A DNA stretch of 28,133 nucleotides from Vitrella brassicaformis CCMP3155 (taxonomy: Eukaryota > Protista > Chromerida), in the NCBI GenBank assembly GCA_001179505.1, contig CDMY01000713.1:1-28133 (forward strand), in the 5' to 3' direction. Under the pieces are notes generated by a model. The model was not told the DNA's origin, made no database searches, and was given only the letters and a program-made list of their open reading frames with translations. The translations under genes and the position numbers were made by a program. Shown here piece by piece: positions 20,991 to 28,133 of the stretch. Each line of letters starts with the position of its first letter. Position 1 is the stretch's first letter.

Positions 20991-23434
20991 TGGTTATGTG
21001 GTTGTCAGGTATGCTCGAGGGATCGGAAAAGCCTCAGCAACACAACAAAACCATGGACGGCCCGGTGGAGTCCCTCAAGGAGGAGGGCGGTGTGGAGGGG
21101 TGGCTCATGCGGTTCCTGAATCCGCTGTGGCTGTGGTGCCTCGTAGCGGCAATGGGCGGCGGCTTCGTGTGGGCCTCCGTCCGGCTCCACAGGCGATACT
21201 CGGTGATGTGTCGCATTGTCCTTGGCTGCCCTGACGATGTCCGCAAATCACTGGTCAAGGTGGGGTACCTGCCTGTGGGACTGGCTATGTGGCGATATGT
21301 GCAGCACCTGCTCCTGGGGGTCTTCCTCTTCTCGACACTCATAGCGGAGGGCTACTGGTCAACCACTGACGGGCTGCTCACGTGGGGCGGGCTGCTGCTG
21401 ATCGCCCTGGCCGCCGAGTACGTGTTCGTCCGCCATGGTGTCGACGAGAAGGTCTGGTGGATGTGGATGCGCTATGAGATCTGTGGGAGGGAGGCTCTCT
21501 GGCAGGGCAAGGAGGCGCCCGTGGGTGTCCTTTGCTTCACGGCCTTCGCCTCTCTCGTCGGTATCTTCTCCTCTGGAACGGGCATCGCCATGGCTCGGCG
21601 CGCCGTCGGCTTTTGCCTGCCTGTCCAGCTGATGCTGCTGTCCGTACTCGACCCTGACGTGCACAAGGACTCCATTTTGAGGCTCGGCCTGCAGTACCTC
21701 TGCCACTACCTGAGCGGCATTGCGGGCGACAGCTGCTACCTGGTCAGGCTGCTGGTGACGGCCCTGTCTGCCTTGACGGTGGCGACTTCGGCCCATGGAC
21801 TGCTCATGACATGGACGACGTTCTCCGAGGAATTTGGTGCTATGAAGAGGGAGGAGCTCAGACGACTGCCAGTACTTCCAGGGATGCCCAAGTGGTTCTG
21901 GCGCGTGCTTCTCAACGTGTGCTGCCCGGTGTGGCTGGCCGTCTGCCGCATCCCTGACCTAGTGCTGGGCTTCTCCCTCCTCGGGCTCGGGCTACTGAGT
22001 CCCGCTCTGCTGCTCGCCACATCATGCCACATTGGTTTGACCATTGCAGCGGGGTGGACTTCCCTCGATGTCCTCGACCTCGCCTTCCCCTGCGCACTCC
22101 TCTTCGTCACGCGTCTGCGTGAGACGTGGCTGCATCGGGGCGCGGTGTGGCTGGCGGGCCTCTACCTGGTCAAGTGCAGCACAAGGGCCTGGTCCCACCG
22201 GCACACCATCCGAAAACTGGCTCTGCTCATCTCCGGCAGCCTGCGGGGCGTCGAATCGGCATCCACCGAGGAGGACGGCACTGCCCCCGCCACCGCCACC
22301 ATGACCAAGAGCCAGAAGCGCAAGCAGAAGAGAGCTAGGAAGGCGGCCGCTGCGGGCCAGGGTGCGGCTGGCATCCTGGCTCTGACGGACGTCTCTCCAT
22401 CACGAGGCTCCAATCTGCTGGCGCTGCCTTCTTCAGCACCATCGGCCCCTGCACTCCTGGACGCCCCTGCACACTCACTCACGGCCGAGGAGGAGCCGTC
22501 CGAGACCACCAAGCCCAAGACACGCCGGCGCAAGAAGAAACGCCCGGTAGCCAAGGGTGGCCGGGGCCACAACACCCCTCCCAGCACAGAGCAGAAGCAG
22601 CAGCAGCCAGAGGAGACCCCCGTCAGCATGGGGTCAGGTGCTGCATCGTGGCGGGGCCGAGGCCGCTGGCCGCTGGAGGCACTCATGGGTGCACAGGAGA
22701 TCTATGAGGAGGAGCAGCACCGATGGGAAGAGGGAGAGGGACACGAGGGGGCCGAGGACGGTGACGCACAGGATGAGGAGGGCGAGGAGGAGCATGGCGA
22801 GGACGGCGACCCGCCAGCTCCCTTCCATCCTGACTCGATCATCGTGCTGCCGTCTGGTCAGCCGTCTGGTCAGCCGTCGGTGCTGCCGTCACAGGCAGAT
22901 GGGCTGGACGAAGACGAGGACGATGAGGGCACGGAGGAGGCTCCATCGCAGCAGCAGACAGATGCCACAGGTACGTCTCTCAAAGGGGAGAGAGAGGGGC
23001 GGGAGGGGCCATTGATCACGTGCATGTGGTTGCGGTGGGGTGTGTGTGGTATCTTCCTTCTCAGAGCCCCCGTCGTATGAGGCCAAGTGTCTGATGTGTC
23101 TGAGCGCCACTCCCACGGAGCTGTGTGTGCCATGGTGAGTGACCATACACACACAGACAGGGGGGAATGGGATATCAATGGCGTCTATGGTCTGTTGCGT
23201 TGCGTTGTGTTCCCATGTCTGTCAGTGGCCACACCTTCCTCTGCGAGGACTGCCGGCAGGTCAGTCAGTCGGCGCAACCTGGACAACACACACAACCTGG
23301 CTCACTGTACCGTGTGTGTGTTGTGTGTCATTCATTGACCGTTCGTTCAGGTGTACGAGTCGCATTACCTGGCCAAGGGCTGCCCCTACTGCCAGACAGC
23401 CGTCCAGATGCTCGTCCACGTCCAGACGCCCTGA
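20133..23434 (+). CDS. Multi-pass membrane protein with C-terminal C3HC4 RING finger, putative E3 ubiquitin ligase (~979 aa, 5 exons)
   Basis: Exons 20133-20922, 21009-22970, 23065-23134, 23226-23259, 23351-23434, phase-consistent. Spliced C-terminus CLMCLSATPTELCVPCGHTFLCEDCRQVYESHYLAKGCPYC = C-x2-C-x11-C-x-H-x3-C-x2-C-x12-C-x2-C. N-terminal hydrophobic segment, ~240-aa soluble domain, numerous hydrophobic helices (about 21110-22180), then basic (KSQKRKQKRARK, KPKTRRRKKKR) and acidic disordered linker. Confidence 0.85.
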
Positions 23435-23580
23435 TGCACCGCCCTACCGACACGGCCACCTACGGCTGGCTGCATCAAGAAGTTTCGCCACTTGCTGTCT
23501 GATCTGGACTTCTCTGAATGAGTGAGGGAGTGAGGGGGGCATATATCGTCCGTCATGCAGCTAGGAAGGGAGCAACACAA

Positions 23581-23606
23581 CACACACACACACACACACA
23601 CACACA
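23581..23606 (+). repeat. (CA)n microsatellite, representative of many CA/GT, CT and CAGA microsatellites across introns and intergenic DNA
   Basis: (CA)13 here; similar tracts near 2910-2940, 3369-3391 (CT), 10992-11013 (GT), 20957-20989 and 26775-26799. Confidence 0.9.
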
Positions 23607-24468
23607 GATGCACACGATTTAAGAAAACGAGATTACCAGACCAGAGCTAGGAGACGAGAATTTTGCTGGTTCGGTGTCATGGATCGATCGATGCGAAGGC
23701 TGTTAAGAAGAGTCGAATGCATTGGTATTTAACATCCTGCCTAGCGGGGTCCGTCGGTCGGTTTTTTGCGCTCCGTGCTGGCGGAGATGACGCTGACTGA
23801 GTTAGGTGGGTTAGCAGTCAGGTGGCTGGGTCTCATTCATCTCGTGAGCCTGGCCGGCGTGCTGGTGCGTGTGTGTCCGTCCTGTATGTGTGTATTTATT
23901 TGTGGCTTGCTGCGTATGTGTAAGTGTATGTGTGTGTATCTTTGTATTTGTCACCTGACAGACACACAGACAAGACAGACACGCCAATCTGCGCTGACTG
24001 AGCCTTTTAAGGCGCTCTGATATAACCGATGTTTGCAAATAAAATGGAGAGGTCGTCAGCACATTCCATTATTCCACACAGCGGGTCATGGTGTAGACAG
24101 ACACGTGACATGACAGACACAGTCCAACCCCTGTGGGCCTGCCCACAGACAAGTCAGCTCACATCCCGCCCGCATGAATCAATCAACGCCAGCATGCAGA
24201 ATCCATCACCGCCAGTTGTGTGGGTGGGGAGCACTCTGCCAGTGCCCTTCCTCCACCACCAAGTCTTCCAAAAACGACTCTCCATCCGTGATGCATCAAC
24301 GCAACCATCACGAATGTATGAGCCAGGCCCGCCCCCGGTGCCGTGCGTCCTTGAAAATTCAGATGCCGACCGCTCTCTCACCAGCCGCTGACATGCATCA
24401 CACACCCCTCTCTCTTCGCCTGGCCTCCAGCCAAGCACACACAGAGCAGTCAGGATCCATCTGTGCAC

Positions 24469-24834
24469 CGCCCCTGGCACGTGTACGTTCATCGCATCGT
24501 CGGCATACTCGACATGCACCCCTCGGCCCGAAGGATGCACCCTTCACCCCTTCGGGCCGAGAAGCTGTCGACATGCACCCCTCCCCGGCGATTCCCAAGC
24601 CCCCACCCCTCAGGCCGAGAGCCGCCAGAGCTGAGGCGCACCCACAACACAACAGACACATCACACAGACTGTCCATGATGCTGACAACAGAAAATTCTT
24701 CCACTGACGCCCCTGGCACGTGTAGATACATCGCATGGTGGGCATGCTCGACATGCACCCCTCGCCGGCGATTCTCGAGCCCTCTCCCCTTGGGCTCGAG
24801 AAACCGCCGGATTACATACACCCATCATGCACCC
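24469..24834. repeat. Degenerate direct-repeat/hairpin array downstream of the COG0523 gene
   Basis: ~56-nt direct repeat CGCCCCTGGCACGTGTA...CATCGCAT.GT.GGCAT.CTCGACATGCACCCCTCG at about 24469-24524 and 24708-24764; GACATGCACCCCTC three times (24511, 24570, 24750); inverted repeats 24522-24534/24549-24561 (13 bp perfect) and 24772-24782/24792-24802 (11 bp perfect, extended by 24765-24770/24805-24810). Confidence 0.85.
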
Positions 24835-24901
24835 TCGTCTCTTGCCCCCTGGTTCTTCTAGGGCTGCAAGCACCTCGTCTGTCCACTCCACTACGTGCAG
24901 G

Positions 24902-27824
24902 CTACTGTGCCACTTGGGGTGTCTTGACGAGGCAGTTGCGGAATCCCCCCTCAAGCTCAGCACGGTCGAGGTTTCTGCACACACAACGCATTGCAATCAT
25001 TGCGGTCACCTCACCCCTGCGGATGGATCCGATTCGAGGAAGGACTGACCTGCCGATGAAGACCAGCTTGCACTCACGAGTCTCGGATGGCTTCCACTCG
25101 TCCTGTGCGATGCCGCTGCAAGAAGGAAGGTGACATGACAGGGGGAGCATGGTGAATGAGCAGCAAGCGATGTCCGTAGTCACCTGAAGAGCATGTGGAT
25201 TCCCTGGAATACGAACTTGCACTCGTTCCCCTCCACGGCCAGCACTCCCTTCATGCTGCACGCACGGGCCAGAGTGAGAGCCACTTACTTATTCCTCCCT
25301 CTGGCAAACAAACCTCTTTCTTGGCTGGCCTACCGGAAGATATCTGCGCCCTTGTTCCTCAGGATGTCCCCGAGCCACTCGTTGAGTTTGTTCTCATCCA
25401 CCTCGCCGACCAGGTCGATACCGACGCTCGTCACCGTCTCGTCGTGCTGCACGCACGCACACCGGGCCGGCCCACGTGACGTGACACGTGTACATGTATG
25501 TACTCGCCGCACCCACCTGGTGCTCCTGCCCATCCTTCAGAAACTCACTGTCCATCTCGAGGACCTGGGGGACACGGATGGGATGAGGGGACAGTAAAGG
25601 GAATACACATGTCACCAGTGGGAGCGAGCACCTTGTCGAGCGAGAACGCACGGATGCCAAGGATGCCGCTGATAACGCTCTCCAAGGAAGTGGCCACGTT
25701 GAGCGTCGTCTTGACGATTGGAGCGAAGTTGTTGATGGCGCGAATTCTCTCCTCGACCTGGGACAGGTACGGGGCATCGACAAGGTCGATCTTGTTGAGC
25801 AAAATGCGGTCCGAAAACGCGAGCTGCAGACACACGCACACACACGAGTTCCCATCGATGGAGGCACGGGAATGCAGCGAGCGATGGATGGATGGATGGA
25901 GATTGGCGTATGCAGGTACCTGCTCAATAGCCTCGTTCTCTACGCCCTCAGGCTTCTCGTCGTCCAAGTGCTGGATGATGTGCTTGGCGTCGACGACGGT
26001 CTGCACACACCACACCACACCACACCACACGAGGCGGAGGACACAGAGAGAGAGAGTGCAGGTCAGGTCAGGTGTAGTGTGGTGCGATCAGTTTGTTTGT
26101 TTGCGTCGCCTCACCACTATACCATCCAGACGAATTCTCGCGTTGATGTAGTCGTCGACCTGAGTGTTCAAGTAAAGACAGACAGAGTATGTATGGCTGG
26201 ATGGGGCACAGCACACGTGTAGACAAGTGAGACGGATGCGCAAACAGGCGTACAAAGAATGTCTGAGCAACAGGCGCGGGATCCGCCAGGCCTGATGGAT
26301 GGATGGATGGCAGAGACAGTCCGGTTGCTGATGCATGCCCACTGCAGGCAGGCCCACTCTACCCTCGCCGGACATGTCGTACGTACCTGTGGTCTCTATC
26401 AGGATGTGGTCGACACGCCCATCGGTGCGGCCGCTGCAGACACACAGCACAGCGGACGGACCAAGTGCCCTCGGTCGGGTCGGCGTGAATTATCTATCAG
26501 TCGTTCCACTCCCCCAATGCGGTACCTCTTGAGGATCTTCTTGAGCCCCTCCACCAGGTCACCACGGACTGTGCAGCAGATGCAGCCGTTGTTCCTGACG
26601 CACGCACCGCGCGGGGCAGGAGGCGGTGTGGGTGAGGGGAGGACATACATGAGTCAGTCAAGTGAGTGGTGGTGGGGTTCCTACGCACATTTCTATGATC
26701 GTCTCCTCCTCCTTGAGGGCTTTCGTCACGAGAGCGTCATCGATGCCGACCTCGCCGAACTCGTTCTGTCCCATACACACACACACACACACACACACAC
26801 AGCACAGCACAGCACACATGCCTGCCCCACACGCACATGACTCGACGCTGTGGTTTCTCTCCGCACCTCGATGATAGCGATGCGCTTGTCGCCCTTCCAG
26901 TCGCGCAGGATATGGTTGAGCTGCATTGCATCATTGCATGGAGGACAGAATACATGTGTGTATGCAATGCATCGGTGGCTCTTGCGCAAGCCACACCACA
27001 CCACACCCCCAACGTAACATGGCTACCAATGTCGTCTTGCCACTGCCAAGGAAGCCTTGGATGGATGAGGATGCGCACGATTGGTTGACATCATCCAAGT
27101 GAACGAAGAGGAATGTGGAGAGATGTGTCTGTGTGTCTGTGTGTTTGTGTGCGTTCCTCACGCACCTGTTAGCACGGTGGCTGGGATCTTGGCGTCCTCC
27201 TGCTGCGAGTAGGTCTTGTCCTCCATGGCCATGACTTCCTCGGTCTCCTGGCGCAGCTCCTTGGCACGCTCATGATCGGGCCACACCGAGATGACGGCAT
27301 CCAGCTCGATGATAGCCCTCTTGTGAGCGCCGAGATTGCTGAGCACCTCCGATCGCGTGAGGAACATCGGCACGAGCTCGGATATCACCTTGGCGGCGAG
27401 CTCCTCGCCAGCCTTCTGGCGGACGGAGTCCAGAAACTTCTTTGGGTCTGCGCAAGGCGAACACACACGATGTGCGACGGGGCATCCGACGCCACTCACT
27501 CCCTCATCAGGCTTACTTACCGCGCATGGAAATGGACTCCAAGCCCAAGGATGCGCCGTACTCGTCGATGGCTTTGTTGATGATCTGGATGGCCTGATAT
27601 AAGAGACATAGATGCAGGCAGGTGATGTGCAAGAACGAAGGCAGTGCGTGCAGGGAGAGGGGAGGGGAGGGGAGCGGCCCTCAGGACGTACGTACCATGA
27701 AGTAGTCGTTGTCCACCTTGAGGGCCGCCTCTGCTGCCACGGCCAGATCCTTCCACGAGGTGGACGCGGCGGTCAGTCGCTCCATCATCTCCCTCACCCT
27801 GCTCATCATAGCGGCACCTGACAT
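24902..27824 (-). CDS. cobW: COG0523 / CobW-family (ZNG1/CBWD-like) G3E metal-chaperone GTPase with N-terminal TPR-like extension (~495 aa, 17 exons)
   Basis: ATG 27824 in ccaccATG context. Spliced motifs: KIPATVLTG|FLGSGKTTL (Walker A, 29-nt exon 27055-27027), IAIIE|NEFGEVGID, NNGCICCTVRGDL (CxCC, about 26573-26587), DHILIETTG|LADPAPVAQTFF, LDGIV|TVVDA, LLNKIDLV (NKxD), then CobW_C with IFR|MKGVL, FVFQGIH, KLVFIG|RNLD; stop TAG 24904-24902. All junctions GT-AG and phase-consistent. Confidence 0.93.
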
Positions 27825-28046
27825 GGTGGAGGAGCTTGGGCTGTTGAGAGGGGTTTCTCCCTAGGCAGCGGTTTCAGGCGGCGTTGAAATGAAAGGGGGA
27901 CGACCAGACACCTGATCTACGAGTCCAACACGAAGGCAACAACCGAAACAAAGCAGCTGACGACAGGACGGATTTCAGCGGTTTCATGGAGTGCCCTGAG
28001 GTCTGCCTGTGCCACTGTCTGACTTGTCAGAAGTGCAAGTCGGTCC

Positions 28047-28066
28047 AGGGTTTAGGGTCTAGGGTT
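28047..28066 (+). repeat. Short interstitial telomere-like tract (AGGG-TTTAGGG-TCTAGGG-TT), possible telo-box-like element
   Basis: About 2.5 degenerate TTTAGGG units about 220 nt upstream of the COG0523 ATG; reads AACCCTAGACCCTAAACCCT on that gene's strand. Confidence 0.5.
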
Positions 28067-28133
28067 CATAGACCGACGATCCACTGATCTGTGAGACAGG
28101 ACGGCTGTTGAGTCTTTGTCCGTTCCATGAGAC

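Noticed and set aside
11096-23434. Functional ubiquitin-system cluster (F-box-like, ankyrin, RING)
   Set aside because: These families are typically large in such genomes, so co-occurrence within 12 kb is expected by chance.
24469-24834. CRISPR-like array or cobalamin riboswitch
   Set aside because: Eukaryotic context, only 2-3 degenerate units with related spacers and no cas genes; no B12-box consensus recognised despite the CobW family name.
24029-24861. Protein-coding interpretation of the repeat region (DMHPS...EKPP repeats)
   Set aside because: Copies contain a stop (TAG at 24722-24724 in the repeat frame) and frameshifts, and no coherent spliced gene emerges; kept only as an alternative origin for the hairpin array.

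Overview
Eukaryotic, GC-rich, intron-dense genomic DNA with GT-AG introns full of CA/GT, CT and CAGA microsatellites. The style and gene families suggest a chromerid alveolate such as Vitrella brassicaformis (inference, not verified). By manual splicing with phase checks I reconstruct eight genes: (1) a small secreted Cys-rich protein (+, 335-962); (2) a ~1217-aa protein with a truncated MYND zinc finger and long disordered tail (-, 3774-8359); (3) a plastid-targeted TatA/TatB-family subunit (+, 8751-9561); (4) an intronless protein with an F-box-like N-terminus (-, 11096-12013); (5) an Amt ammonium transporter with several atypical pore residues (+, 12348-14762); (6) an ankyrin-repeat protein with an acidic N-terminus built from short exons (-, 17121-19487); (7) a multi-pass membrane protein whose C-terminal C3HC4 RING is split over three exons and is invisible in the ORF track (+, 20133-23434); (8) a 17-exon COG0523/CobW-type metal-chaperone GTPase with an extra ~150-aa TPR-like N-terminus (-, 24902-27824). 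Six genes form three head-to-head pairs. Two 300-N assembly gaps are present. The most unusual non-coding signal is an array of three related long hairpins plus five TGCACCC motifs 90-400 nt downstream of the COG0523 gene, whose pairing works better (G.U rather than A.C) on that gene's sense strand. No rRNA, tRNA, CRISPR array or recognisable transposon was found.
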